Shown piece by piece: positions 14,801 to 28,005 of a stretch of 64,000 bases of DNA; position 1 is the stretch's first letter; the number at the start of each line of letters is the position of its first letter. The stretch is from positions 3,728,559 through 3,792,558 of the forward strand of contig NW_003314268.1 in the NCBI RefSeq assembly GCF_000143415.4, written 5' to 3'. Position numbers and translations under genes: made by a program. Origin of the DNA: Selaginella moellendorffii. Its lineage: Eukaryota; Plantae; Lycopodiophyta. The notes under the pieces were generated by a model that saw only the letters and a list, made by a program, of their open reading frames with translations, made no database searches and was not told where the DNA came from.

Positions 14801-16310
14801 TTGAGGAGCACTTTTGCAATCAAGACGTCCTTCTGACCTCAATATGATGTGACTTTGTTCAACACTATAAATACCTTTGATATATTTGTTAAAAAAATCC
14901 ATACTAAACACTATTTGAAAATCTAGTATCTTTAACACTACCAAATCCACTCTTTCTTTTCACTTGAATATTTTTATTAGAAAATCACTCACAAATCTTC
15001 TAGGTACTTGCCTAACTTCTACAAACCGGAAGTGTATGGGCAGCATTTGCTTAGCTTTCAATCTTAACAACTCTACTAAGTCCTTAAATATCACATTGTG
15101 TCAATCATCACTCGGATTCGGTGTCTACAGACAAAGCCTATGAGATACATCAACAGATTAGTGTTTGCATTGACTACAAGAAAAGCTTGAAGAAAGTAAT
15201 GAAAGTAACTCACTTCCTCTTCCTCATAGTTTGCATTGACCAACTCATCAACCTCTTCAGCTTCACTGCCACCGTCTTCCCTCATACAATAACACGAGAC
15301 CCTGTTTTATGCTTATTGGGACATTCTAAGGACCTATCTCCTATCTCTCCACAATGGAAGCAATAACCCACACTATCTGTTCCACTAAGAATAGGTTTCA
15401 TAGCTTGCTACTGTTTGTACCCACTAGGAGAAGGAATAGAGGGCCTAGGACTAAAAGAAGCTGTTGGTGATCGCCAACCACCACTTTTATTAATTGTTCC
15501 TTGTGAGCCTCCAGGGTAGAACTTTTCTTCCACCTTTATTTTCAATCACTTTGTTTATTTCCAAAGTTCTTATTCTTGTTCGAAGTACTAACATATGGTT
15601 ACTGATACTGTTCCATGAGTAAGTGATTAAAGGCAACTTGCTATGCTACCTCCTTACACTTTAGATATGTCTTTGGTTTGAACTTTAAAATTTCATTATG
15701 AGAAAGTGAACTTAAACCTTCTAGGAAATAACTTCTAGCATCTTCTTCACTCGTATTTACAATCATAATATGCTTCTGAGCAAACGCATTAACATAATGC
15801 ATAAAGTTCTCTCACTTCTTTAACCATTGCAACTTTGTGCAAAGTCTCAGACTAAGATCATCCGATAAGTATTCCTATTGGATACGAGACCGCATCTTGG
15901 TCCAACTTCTAGTTTGTCCTTTTTCAACACACATCTAGCACCATCATGTTTTGGAATGATTGGTGAGAAAGGATTGCTCACATAAAACTTTCGTATGATT
16001 ATCTATGTCTGCCACTATGAAATAGTTTTCCATATCATAGACCCAATTTTCCAAAACTTGATAATCCCACAATGTCTATGAAATTGGGTGGTTTTAGAGG
16101 CTTGAACTTTGAAACTCATGCAACCAGAGGTGGTTGCAAAACTTCATCATCCTTAGAATTTGAAGAGGAGTTTGGTTGCATAGGTTTAGCTAGTTTAGCT
16201 GCCTCAACTTTTTTCTTCCTTTTTTTGTTCTCCTTTTTCAACTTACGAATTTCCCTTTGCAAATTCTTGATCTCGACTTCTTGAGCCGTATGTTGAAGTG
16301 CCACAGCATC
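11820..16310 (-). pseudogene. Chromovirus gag-pol pseudogene (gag, zinc knuckle, PR, RT, RNase H, integrase, chromodomain)
   Basis: RT motifs RICIDYQTLNKIT, DLQSGYHQI, KIAFKT (14089-14721); integrase TLDFITCL..MVVVDWLSKIAHFIP (12576-12782); chromodomain YLVKWKGYPSYKST*EPLSNL (~11825-11895); many stops and frameshifts. Confidence 0.9.
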
Positions 16311-16320
16311 AGTTTCTTCC

Positions 16321-17239
16321 TGTCGCGAATGTGACTTCGGGTATCGAAAGATACTTGTCGGCTAGTCTTTACGGACACTCTCTCCTTACTGCCATGACAG
16401 TAGGAGGTCGGTACTGCTGGTTCCCTTTATGGTCTCCGCCCAAGCTAGTTGAGAAACTGGTCAGCACATGTGCACTTAGACCAGAAGGGCACTAAGGAAT
16501 GAAATCCTAAGTTGTCATTAAGTCAAGCATACTTGACACGATGATGAGAAACTCATGATGTTGGCTTGCACTTGCTAGTGTTGGGAACCCCTGCGATATT
16601 GAGACTAGTCCCTCAATATTCGCTAGATGATAACTTACCGTGTTTGCCAAACACCCTCGCTATCATACCTTTTGTGTTAGTCTCATTTCGGTCCCAAGTG
16701 CTATTTATGGAAAGTGTCTAGATTAGCTCATTTGGCATATCTATTTGGCCTGAACACAATAGTGTTCGTCCCGTGTCCAAATTCGCAATCTAAGGCCATT
16801 CCATATTTAGTAAGTTTTGGACTTGTCCCAGAGACTAACTCCTAGTACTAAGGGAGGCTTGGGGTGAAAGCCCAAAGCGTGTGTCCCTCAGAGGGGGGGG
16901 GGGGGGGGGGCTGTGGGGGGTTCCAAATGTATAGTAGGGATAGTGGTTGGAATGCATGTCCGACCACTTGAGACATTAGTTTGGCTCCCGCTAGGCTGTG
17001 TCGCTCTTTGTTCTGCGTCCGGCTTGGGTCTAAGCCCAAGCTCCATGCTGCTCTAGTTGGTGGAGTACCCTCCTTCTCGCGTTAGGCCACCGGTATGCCA
17101 AAATCGTGCCAGACTCCGTCTGACACCATTTTGCGTGCAGGTGCTGGATACGGGGAGTTGGTGCTCGTGGGATTGTACCGGACCCTCGTTTTGTAGTGCA
17201 ACGGGCTTGGAGTTTGGCTCCAAATTCAGGTGCGCTACA
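16321..17239 (+). mobile_element. Solo LTR of the chromovirus family, inserted antisense at the 5' end of a same-family gag
   Basis: TGTCGCG...GCTACA ends; perfect TSD CTTCC at 16316-16320 and 17240-17244. Confidence 0.92.
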
Positions 17240-17486
17240 CTTCCTCCTCTAACTTAGCCTTAACCTCTTTTGCAGCATTTCTAGCAAGAGTTTCCTATTC
17301 TTGATTCACCCGTCTAGAGGTTTTAGCATCATCAATATGGTTCCTTTTCACCATCTTGCTAGTTGCATACATGCCTCTATCAATAATTGAATATATATGC
17401 AATATTCTTACCGAATGGTGGTATCCAACTAATCTTATATAGGTCACTTTAGATCTACTAGAAAAGTCTCTACATATGTTGGGGGA

Positions 17487-17818
17487 NNNNNNNNNNNNNN
17501 NNNNNNNNNNNNNNNNNNNNNNNNNNNNNNNNNNNNNNNNNNNNNNNNNNNNNNNNNNNNNNNNNNNNNNNNNNNNNNNNNNNNNNNNNNNNNNNNNNNN
17601 NNNNNNNNNNNNNNNNNNNNNNNNNNNNNNNNNNNNNNNNNNNNNNNNNNNNNNNNNNNNNNNNNNNNNNNNNNNNNNNNNNNNNNNNNNNNNNNNNNNN
17701 NNNNNNNNNNNNNNNNNNNNNNNNNNNNNNNNNNNNNNNNNNNNNNNNNNNNNNNNNNNNNNNNNNNNNNNNNNNNNNNNNNNNNNNNNNNNNNNNNNNN
17801 NNNNNNNNNNNNNNNNNN
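17487..17818. other. Assembly gap (N run)
   Basis: Run of N; ORFs spanning it are artefacts. Confidence 1.
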
Positions 17819-17904
17819 GGCATTTTGCAAAGAGCATTGAAGCATTTCTCAAGGTTTGAGCCGAGTGCTGGGAGGAGGGACGAACCCCTCCTTCCCCCAA
17901 CAAA

Positions 17905-17919
17905 TGGTGAACCCGGCGT
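17905..17919 (+). promoter_or_regulatory. Primer binding site complementary to the tRNA-Trp 3' end
   Basis: TGGTGAACCCGGCGT starting 2 nt after the LTR; plant tRNA-Trp ends ...ACGTCGGGTTCACCA; same PBS in copy B (36896-36912, minus). Confidence 0.75.
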
Positions 17920-19176
17920 AATGCATAGCACTTTCTAAGGCATCATTTCTCTCTTTTTCTTTTGGTCGCAAACTTTAGGAATTAATTTCTCATTTGTCTT
18001 GTAGTGGTTTTGTTAGATCTTAAACTTGGTGGATAAGTCTGGAGCTCCTCTTTCCAGCAGGGTATGGTGCTCATCAAGCCATGTAATATTTGAAGAGATA
18101 CAATGTTTCTTGGCTCAGTTTAAGCAATAGTTTGTGGTTTTCACTTTCTCGCTTAGGATCCTCGGCCCAATTTCTCAAGGTAGTGCATTTGGGCTTGTAG
18201 ATCTGGCCTAGATCTATGTAGTGGTGATTCTTGGCACTAGATTTGGGCGAATTCACAGCATGCAAAAGGATTTTCTTCTCTGGCTAGATTAAGTCATCTT
18301 TGTAGCAGGAATTCGTGCTCTTTCGGGCTTTGTTTTGGATGCCATTTGTTTTTAGAGGCACTCTTGGTCCTAGGCTTTCCGAAAATACCAACGACGCCTT
18401 AATATCTATCTACATCAGTGACATGCACATATTTTTCCACAATATTAGTGTTCTAGGCTACCTCTTCTTAGATTTTGAGGAGTATTGAGGCGGCTTCTTC
18501 CCAAATTCCTATGATAGAAGGTAGATATGGCTGAACCCTTTCCAATGAGCCTACCAACAGTCAAAATGGAGAAGGATCAAGACTAGAGGACTCATTTTTC
18601 TCTTTTGGGTTTAAACTTGGTTGAGGGTTCCTTGGGAACGAAGCAATCTTCAAGGAACAGGTAGGTGTAGGAATAAGGACAAGAGGAATAGAAACAGGAG
18701 TTGGTGTTAGAGCAGGCACAGGAGTAGGAGCGAAAGGGGGGGGGTTACCGGTTACAAGTCACAGGTCCCTAGTTACTAGTCCCTAGTTACCGATTACCAA
18801 TTACTCCAGCGGCTACTTCGGCAGTTACCCCACGGGTCAATGGTTATGTGTGCTTGAGGCCTACATCTCCGTTTTCATCCTTATTCCTCTTCATTATAGA
18901 CATTTTGGGAAACTTTGTGCAACTTGAGAAATAGCTTACAGTCTTCTTGCTCTTGTCAACTTAGTTGCCTTGACCGGGCATTTATAATGTTCAGGGTATT
19001 TGATGCCGGTGCAAACTAGACATACGACAAACTAGTTCCCTTTTACCATACCTCGAGGCCCTAAGGTATGAAGTAAGCTTTCTAACATCCAAAGGCAGCT
19101 TAGGTACAACACTGCACCTTCTCAGGCCAAGTCCTCTTCATGCTTGGCAGATTCCAGTGACTTAAATTTATGAGGT

Positions 19177-22100
19177 ATGGTGCAGCCACTTTTAGCTCAA
19201 CCTCAGCTCCATGTTTTGCGAAAGGGGAGTGATCTGCCGACCTTCTTAGGTGTTGGAATAGTCTCTCCAACATCTTATATCAGTTGCTTTGATTACTACT
19301 GCACCACAAACATGATAGTCGACAATGATCATATGTGCCGTGACTTCTTGCAATCTCTTGAAGGCAAAGTAGCAATTTGGGTAGATTCTCTCCTCCCAGA
19401 GGACCGGACAGACTTCCAGACACTACTTACTTCTTTAAGGGAACGCTTTGTTGAAGAAAAACCCAGAAATCAGCTACTTGTCGACCTCTTTTCATTCTGG
19501 CAGGGTGTTAATGAGTTTGTTCCTGACTACATCACACGGTTTCGAGTTTACTGAAAGCAATGTTGGGATCACAGAGTAGTCCAAGATGAACAATAAGGGA
19601 TCACAGCATTCACAACGGGTTTGCGTGAGAACTTATAGCGGAAACTTCTTAAGAAGACATTCAGGTCTTGCCACGAGGCATTTTCATTTGCCACGAAGCT
19701 GGAAAGAGAGCTTCTTATCGACCTAGGGATTGCTAGAGTTGATTTTGACCAAGAAATCACCCCGTTAGAGTCACCTTGTGCAGCTGTTTCCCTGTCCACA
19801 ACAAAGCCCATCGCTATTGAGCATACACCTCCGGCTATCAAGAACTTTGCCAATAAGATGCGGCAGCTGAAGGAGATCATTCTTCAACAACAATCACACC
19901 ATGACAAATTGCTCCAAGAGCTGGTGGAGTCCAGGAAAGAGGCTGCTACAACTCAGGAACATAGATTTAAATCCTGTTAGTGCACTCACTACGAGACGAA
20001 CACACACAACACATAGCGATGCTTCAAGCTTCACCCAGAGCTTCAGCCTCCACCTTCTCAATGTGTCCAACAGCATCCCTTCGTTGATAATTCCATATCG
20101 TCTTGGGGTCCAAAGACATATTAGGAGCAATTGGAGTGACAAGCAATTGATGCAGCCCCATCGTCAAGAAAAGGCAAGGCACCAGCCTCATCGGTCAACA
20201 TGATTTTGGTAGCCGAGGAACTCTATAGGCAACAGCAGCAAACTACAGCCATTCGAGCCCAAGCGAAGAAGAAGGTAGCCGCTCAACCCAGCGTCGGTTG
20301 AGAGTGAATCTCTGTCGGCACCAGATCAAGTGACACAGAGGGTGGCTTGTAAGCTCCCCTTCAAGTCACTACTCTCTTCTCCTCCTTAGATCTCACCAAT
20401 AGCTATTCCTGTTCTGGAGCCGGTTCTTCAACAGCTGGTTGACACTCCCGTCACCTTTTCGCTCCGAGACATGTTGTGTCTTGTCTCGGGATTCGGCCAG
20501 CATTTAGAGGAGTTTGCACGGTCAGAGACACTAGAGAGCACTCTCAAAAGGACTCCTCAAGAGGTGCACATTGTCGACATGACAAGATATGGTGGAGATT
20601 CTGATCCATTCTTTGTCCCGGTGCAAATTGGTACTTCATCTTATAAGAGGGATGCTTTGGTTGACTCCAATTCTGGAAGCAACATTATCTCTCTCGAAGC
20701 TGCCCTTTCAACACAACTATAGATCACTAAGATCTCCTCCATCATGCTCAAGACCTTCGCCAACCATACTGTTCCTCCAGCGGGCATTTGCTATGGTGTC
20801 AAGATCTCTGTGTAGGGTGTTATTTCTGAGGTGGATTTCCACATGGTTGACTACCAACATTTTGAACGTCCTCTTTGAAGGACTCTATCATCCTTGGCCA
20901 CTCATGGCAAGTCACAAGCTATTGCACCATTGACAGCATAAAAAGCAAGATGGAAATTAGCGATGGAACCCATAGCGCCACCTTTCTCAACAACCATGGT
21001 AGAACTCTTTCTCAGCAAGCCCAGCAGGCTCAAACTAAGATGGCCTCCACACCACACTTCCCTCCCGAGCTCACAGAGGTTTTTTCTGAGTTGGCGGTGG
21101 AGTCGACCATCTATATGACAGATGCTTTCACATGCAATGTGGTTGACATGGTTGGAGGTGGGTCAGATAGCCTGAGACATCTCTCAAATTCACTCTCTTT
21201 ATCTGAGAGTAAGGCCGAACCTCTAAACAGGCCCTCTTTATTTGATAGCGAGGCTTATAGAGTATGGGCTCCCATATCCAGCTTTTCGGAGTGTTTCTCG
21301 ATAGAGGAAGGGCTCCTTGATTCGTTTCTTGCATGGGACCAACTCTATCTTATGGAGCTTGATGACACAATCACTCCAGACCAGGTCCATCTTTCGTAGG
21401 ACACAGCCGAACTCAATCCTCCTTAGCAACTATTTGAGGTGTCGTACAGCCAGCATCTTTCTACTAAAATCACAGTAGCTGACGACTCCGAGTGTATTCT
21501 GTCGTGCCATTTCTTGGAGATGGAAGATGACATCAAGACACAGACCTGGTAGAAAGAATCAAGCCAATCGGACATGCTATATGCGAGTTATAGCTCTTTG
21601 AGTTTAGAATTTCCTATCGTGGAACTCCCGGTACAGGTCCAAGTGTATTACATTGAAACTTTAGCACCAGACTTGGACTGGACTTCGGTGGAGGATCTTC
21701 CTTCACTTGTAAAGTACTTGGCTACAGTCCTTGCATTGGACATTGAGCGCTCAGAGCATTAGAAGCAAAGAGAAGAACAGGCAAAGGCTCTGGATCCAAC
21801 AGCAATGTTCTTGCCAAACTTGCCAGAGACGGTCTTGCCGGATGTGGTGTCTCAAACATCTTTATTTGAAGAAGAGGACACTCCTATGATTATGGCTTAT
21901 TTTGACAGTGCTTTCTGCCCCAAAAACCAGGTTGCCGGCATTGGAGTTTGGATGATTGATTCTGAGGAGAACAAAGTAGCCGACCTCTCTATCACTTTGC
22001 CAGCAACATCAAATAATTAAGTAGAGTCCTTGGCGGCTATCAGTGCCATAAAGTTGGCCACAGATCTCAAGTTTAGGCGAGTCACTTTCGTTGGAGATGC

Positions 22101-24953
22101 GCAACTCATCATACGCCAACTTACTGGAGAATACCAAGTCTGCAAAGAGAACTTGAAAGAGTTATGGCAGCAGGCGGTCAACTTAAAGGATGAGTTTTCT
22201 CAGGTGACGTTTCAAAGTGTCCCTCATGAAGAAAACTTTTGGGTGGACAGGTTATCACATCAAGCAATCACCATGATGCAAGAGGCAAAAGGCACTCCCT
22301 ACTCTTTAGTTTCCAAGGTCAGGGAGGAATCTGAGATGGATGAGCCCCATGAGCCTAAGGTTTCTCTAGACTCCAGGGTTCATGCTATTTTCCTAGGCAA
22401 TGGCAAGGACTCGATCTTTATTGCCACATCACTTACTTCAACAAATGTAGCCAAGCTCTTGGCTCTCCTTCACTGTTTCAAGGATGTGTTTGCTTGGGAC
22501 TATAGCCAACTTCTAGGAGTTCCCATGGACACAATCATGCATAGTATTGTGCTTTCAGAGTCTGCCAAACCAGTTTGTCAAAAGATGTGGCATTTCTGCC
22601 TGGCAGCTCACTCAGAGATGAAGTTGGAGATCGAGCGACTTCTGGCAGCTAGCTTTATTTACCCTTTGGAGAGCTCAGAGTGGGTGGCCAATCTCGTTCC
22701 TGCATGCAAGGCAAATGGAAAACTCCACCTTTGTGTTGACTTTCGAGACTTGAACAAGGCAACTACAAAAGATCACTTTCCAACTCCGTTTATCAATGCA
22801 ATTGTGGATGAGATGGCTGGACACCGTTACTACTCTTTCATGGATGGCTTTTCAAGGTATAACCAGATCTTCATTGATCCCGATCATCGAGATCTTATGG
22901 CCTTCCAGACACCTTGGGGCATCTTCGCTTTCAACGTCCTCCCATTTGGCTTGTGTAATGTTGGAGCTACTTTTCAGTGCTTTATGACCCATGCCTTTCA
23001 TGACTTGATTGGAGGCACCTTAAGGGTGTATATGGATGATCTATGCACGACCTCTAACTCCTTTGAGGACCACCTTTTGCACTTAAGGCAGATCTTCACT
23101 CGCTACCGACAACACAGGTTTTCATTGAACCTGGCAAAGTGTAAATTCAGGGTGATTGAAGGCCGGTTGCTAGGCTTTGATGTCTCACAGGATGGGATCA
23201 GGCCCTAGGTAGCCAAGGCTCAGGAGATTTTGGATCAGAAACCACCAACTAACTTGAAGCAGCTTCGTAGCTTCCTTGGGCAAATGGGTTTCTTTCGCCG
23301 TTTCCTCCACAACTATGCTGCGCATTCACGGCCTTTGATAGCTCTGCTACAACACAACATTCCATTTGTCTGGGGTGAGTCCCAGCAACAAGCCTTTGAA
23401 TCACTGTAGCAATCACTCCGCATAGCCCCGGCACTCCAACCACTAGAGCAACAACTTCCTTTTGACATTTACATCACAACAGGTACAAAGGCTTTTGGAG
23501 TATGCCTTTGCCAATGTTCACAGCCTGGCAATCCCCCACATGCAACATACTATGTCTCACATTTGTTCAAGGAGCTTGAGAAGAAGTATGTGGATGCAGA
23601 AAAAGAAGCAGTGGTTGTTGTTTACATTGTGGAGCGTTTTCATCACTTTCTCACTGGAGCTTGTATCCATTTCCACGTCTATTTTAATGTACTGACCTTT
23701 CTTTTACAGCGATTGGTTCACAGTCCTCGTACTTTATCTTGGATTGTGACCATCCAAGAGTTCTAGCCAACTTTTCACATGTGGCAGAAGCGTGTGATGG
23801 ATCTGAGCGAGTTCCTGGTTGTTGAAGCTACTTCCTTTGTGGTCCCAGCAGCATTACCGGACATTGTAGTGTACCTGGATTCAGGTCAGTTCCCAGCAGA
23901 TTCCTCACCCGTGCAACAAAAGGCATTAGAGATCCAAGCACAGGGGTTTTGCCTTCTCGATGGACACCTTTACAAGAGGACTTCTCAAGAAGTTTTGTTG
24001 CGGTGTGTGGGGGAACACGAGTTCCCTGAGCTCCTTCGTGCTTTCCACTCTTGTGCGGGGCATTTCTTGGGACAGGTCACAGCACAGCTCCTCTTGCACC
24101 ATGGCTACTTTTGGCCTCAGATTCACTAGGACAGCTTCGCCTATGCAAAGGCATGTGAGTAGTGGCAACGGTTCAACCCCCAAGCCATGTTCCACGTCTT
24201 CCTTTCCAGTTCATCACTTCTCCGGGTCCCTTTTTCCAGTGGGGAGTTGACTTCGTCGGCCAGATCAACCCACCAAGCTCAAAAGGACAGCAATACATCA
24301 TCATGGTGATGGACTATTTCACAAAATGGGTTGAGGCCACCCCTCTGCGATAGGCAGATCAACAGTCTACAACAAAGTTTGTCTACAAGTACATCATTTG
24401 CTGATTCAGAGTTCCTGCTATTTTGATTTCTGATCGTGGTAGCGGCTTCCTTGGACAAGTGATGCAGCATCTTCTCCAGCAGCTGCAGGTCAAGCACGTG
24501 AAGAGCAGCAGCTATTATCCTGAGTGCAATGGCCAAGCAGAGTCCAACAACAAGATATTGAAAACACTCATCTCCAAGCTTGTTGAGGATCACCTGAGGC
24601 ATTGGCACGAACACTTGGTTACGGCGTTGTGGGCCTTTCGGATGTCCTTCAAGACATCCATCTTTGCGACCCCATTCTTTCTTGTCTATGGGACAGAGGC
24701 CGTGCTTCCAGTGGAGATCTAGGTGCCATCACTCTCACTTTCACTTCAATACGCAACAACGATGCAACTTAGCAATGAGGACAAGCTTCATGCATGTGAC
24801 TTGGAGGTTCTTGCCTTGGAAGAACAGCGACGATCCACATCGGAACATCTCCTTCGAGGCAAGCAGAAGATCAAGTCAGTCATTGATCACCAGCGGTCTG
24901 CCGAACCATTCGAGGATGGCAATCTTGTTCTACTCAAGGAGTTTACATGCTAG
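19177..24953 (+). pseudogene. gag-PR-aRNaseH-RT-RNaseH-integrase pseudogene of Tat copy A
   Basis: gag 19177-20200; protease ALVDSNSGSNI (~20655); archaeal-type RNase H YFDSAF..GIGV..TSNN*VE..GDAQLII..VPHEENFWVDRLS (21890-22270); RT LCVDFRDLNKA, MDGFSRYNQI, VYMDD; integrase WGVDFVG, ISDRGS, NGQAESNNK; in-frame stops throughout. Confidence 0.93.
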
Positions 24954-26634
24954 TTGATGCTAATGGATGTGAGTTCCCCAACACTCACAACCATTCTCAT
25001 CTCAAACGCTTCATTAGGTGAGATGTTCCTCTTCTCTTCTTTTTCTTTTATTTTTTCTTCCTTTCTTTCACTTTACTTTCATGGCTACTTTTCTTACTTT
25101 CCGAGGGTGTTTCTCCATTGGATTATGGCCCATGCCTTGGATTTCATACTCAAGTTGCATTGCTATTTGTATGGAGGTTCCTCGCTTGGCTCGGTCTATG
25201 TTCAAGTTCTTTGGCCCTTCCCTACCATTACTACACCCCACACATTCCCCTCACTCATTCCATATCATCTACACTCACAATTCCATCACCAATCACTTCT
25301 AGCAGTGTTGCCCGGACTTATCTCTAGATGCCTGTCTTGTATCTTTCATTCTTTCACCATCATTCACATCTCCATTTGAGGTCACATTTACACTATACCA
25401 CAGACATACATACGTGCACCAGCAGCAAATGACACCACCTCATTTGGATGTGCCGTTTCCGAGATATCCTTACAACCATTTGTCGACAACGCACTAGCTT
25501 TTTTGGAGCGACTTTCTTCCAACCAGGTGAACCTATTCACTCAAGGCACTTAAGTGGATCTTTAGGCGAGGCCACAGAAGCCGACGCCACTTTCTTTTGC
25601 TCCAGCACTCAGTGGACACATGCCACATCCGTTTACCGGCAAGTGACTACGACATCCTTTTCAACTGCTGACTTCTTCAGTCTGACACATCAGACTGGCC
25701 ACCTTCTCAGAGTGCCACCCCATCTTAGCACTCCACCATATCACTCCACCATATCGGTGTTGGAGCAGACACAAGAGTAGGAGCAAGAGCATGTGGTTAC
25801 CGGTTAAAGGTTATAGGTCCCTAGTTACTGGTTACTAGTTATTGGTTACTAGTTACCGGCTACTCCAAGTGGTCAACGCTTACTCTACAAGCCAACAGTT
25901 ATCAATGGCCACCTTTTTAGAGTGCCACCACCATCTCGGCGCTTCACCATATCACTCCATCTTTCATCATTTCCACACTTACCACCCTTGGGCAACTCAT
26001 CCCCTCTTCTACCTCTCTTCCTTTTTCGATTTCAGCCAATCCTTGGAGCATACCAAAAGTCATCAAGAGGCTGCATTTGCATATTACACTTTCCTAAGCC
26101 GAAATCTAGGTATGGGTTAAGTTCTTTGGGTGCTCACTCTTTTTTCTCTATTTTCCTCTTCTTTTCACACTTTTTCTACACTTTTTTTCAACTTCAGGGT
26201 CCAATTTCACTATAGGGCTTCCCACCGGGTTTTCCTCCCTGTCTCCAAACTTCACACCTACCTCTTTTCTTTCTTTTCCACTTTGTTTTCTAGAGTTTCT
26301 ACTATTTCACGCAGCTACTAGCACTTGGCATCAGTAGCAGATATACACTCTACACTCTTCGTAGGGTTCTCGTGCATCTAGAGCCAACGCGATCCACTGT
26401 GGTTGCATGTTAGGGTGTGGCCACCAAGAGAGAGAGAGGGAATATTCTGATCCTTGGAATATTCCCCATCTTCCTTGTATAAAACCCTTGCCCCACAAGG
26501 GCAAGGGGGGGCATTTGCAAAGAGCATTGAAGCATTTCTCATGTTTGAGCGAGGAACCCCTCCTTCCCCAAACACATATGCAACTTGAATCAAAAATTCT
26601 GACAAAAGTTGGATAAGAATTGCTAAGACAAATT

Positions 26635-27921
26635 CTCTGATACCAAATATAACACACCTAAATTTGGAGCTGAACTCTAAGCCCGTTGCACTATATAATG
26701 AGGGTTCAGTACACTCTTAATCCCATGAGAACTAGCTCCCCATATCCAGCATTTGTATGCAAAAAGGTGTCAAATAGTGTCTAACACGATTTTGGCATAC
26801 TAGTGGCTACATACATACCTCTATCAATAACTGAACATACATACAACGTTCTTACTGAATGGTGCAATCTAACTAATCCTACACAAGTCGCTTAGGATCT
26901 TCTAAAAAAGTCTCTGCATATGCAACTTGAGCTAGAAATTCTGACAAAAGTTGGATATGAATCGCTAAGACAAATTCTCTAATATCAAATATAATACATT
27001 TGAATTTGGAGCTAAAATCCAAACGTTTTGTGCTACATAATGAGGGTCCAATACACTCTTAATCCCATGAGCACTAGCTTCTCGTATCTAATACCTACAT
27101 AAAAAATGGTATTAGACGGTGTTTGGCACAATTTTAGCATACTGGTGGCCTAACACAAGGAAGAAAGTACCCCATTGGCTAAAGCAGCATGGAGATTGGG
27201 CTTAGACCCAAACTAGATGCAGAACAAAGAGCGACATAGCTTAACAAGAGCCAAATTAATGTCTCAAGTGGTCAAATATGCATTCAAACCATTATCCTTA
27301 TTATACATTTAGAACCCAACATAGCTCGCCCCCCCCCCCCCCCCCGAGGAACACATGCTTTGGGCTTTCACCCCTAGCCTCTCTTAGTCTCTTAGTACAA
27401 GAGTTAGATTGCAGATCAAAGAGCAAGAACAACACTATAGGGTTCAAGACACTCTTTACATTCTCTAGATATGGCTCTTGGACGAATCTAGACACTTGCC
27501 ATTCTATAGATATACCTCTTGGATGGATCTAGACACTTACCATAAATAGTATATGGATCCAGAATAGAACCAACACAAAGGGCATGATAGTGAGGGTGTC
27601 TGGTGGACATGGTAAGCTACCATATAACAATATTGAGGGACTAGACTCAATATCATGGGGGTTCCCAACACTAGCAAGTGCAAGTCAATAAAAAAATTTC
27701 TCTAACTAGGTCAAATATGCTTGACTAATAGCATTAAGAATTTTGTCCTTACACTTATCTGGTCAAGTGCACACACAATGACTAGTTTCTCAATTACCTT
27801 AGGTGAAAATCATAAAGGGAACCAGCAGTACCGACCTCCTGCCACTGTGGCAGTAAGAAGAGAGTGTCCATAAGGACTAGCCGACAAGTATCTTGCAATA
27901 CCCAAAGTCACATTCATGAGA
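26635..27921 (-). repeat. Chromovirus 5' end: iMet PBS plus partial LTR, then duplicated leader, PBS and full LTR (26990-27921)
   Basis: CTCTGATACCA at 26635-26645; 26808-26990 repeats 17365-17476 plus 26575-26647; LTR matches 16321-17239 in reverse. Confidence 0.85.
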
Positions 27922-28005
27922 TCAGGTCTAAGACCGAGTCTGAGATTGAGTCCAAGACTAAGTTTAAGGTCGAGTCCTAGATCAAATCTGAGACCGAGTT
28001 GAAAT
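27922..28005 (+). repeat. GAGACC-type array, right half
   Basis: Continuation of the array at 7290-7533. Confidence 0.75.

Larger units (their letters stand above)
17477..26574 (+). mobile_element. Tat-type Ty3/gypsy LTR retrotransposon, copy A (near full length, decayed)
   Basis: 5' LTR end 17819-17902 (start lost in the gap); 3' LTR 26408-26574 (TGTT...AACA); host sequence TCTCTACATA|...|CATATGCAAC resumes after the element, giving a CATA(T) duplication. Confidence 0.88.
7534..27921 (-). mobile_element. Decayed Ty3/gypsy chromovirus complex with nested insertions
   Basis: Outer LTR ends at 7534 (TGTAGCGCAC) and 27921; flanks TTAGG/TCAGG form a near-perfect 5-bp TSD; iMet PBS at 26635-26645; PPTs at ~11424-11436 and ~9611-9628; gag, PR, RT, RH, INT and chromodomain remnants on the minus strand. 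Confidence 0.8.

Noticed and set aside
17477-17486. TGTTGGGGGA before the gap as a separate inverted LTR
   Set aside because: Only 10 bp are visible; it could be a variant LTR start or a contig-end error
17295-17931. Long ORFs in the ORF track
   Set aside because: Artefacts of the N gap
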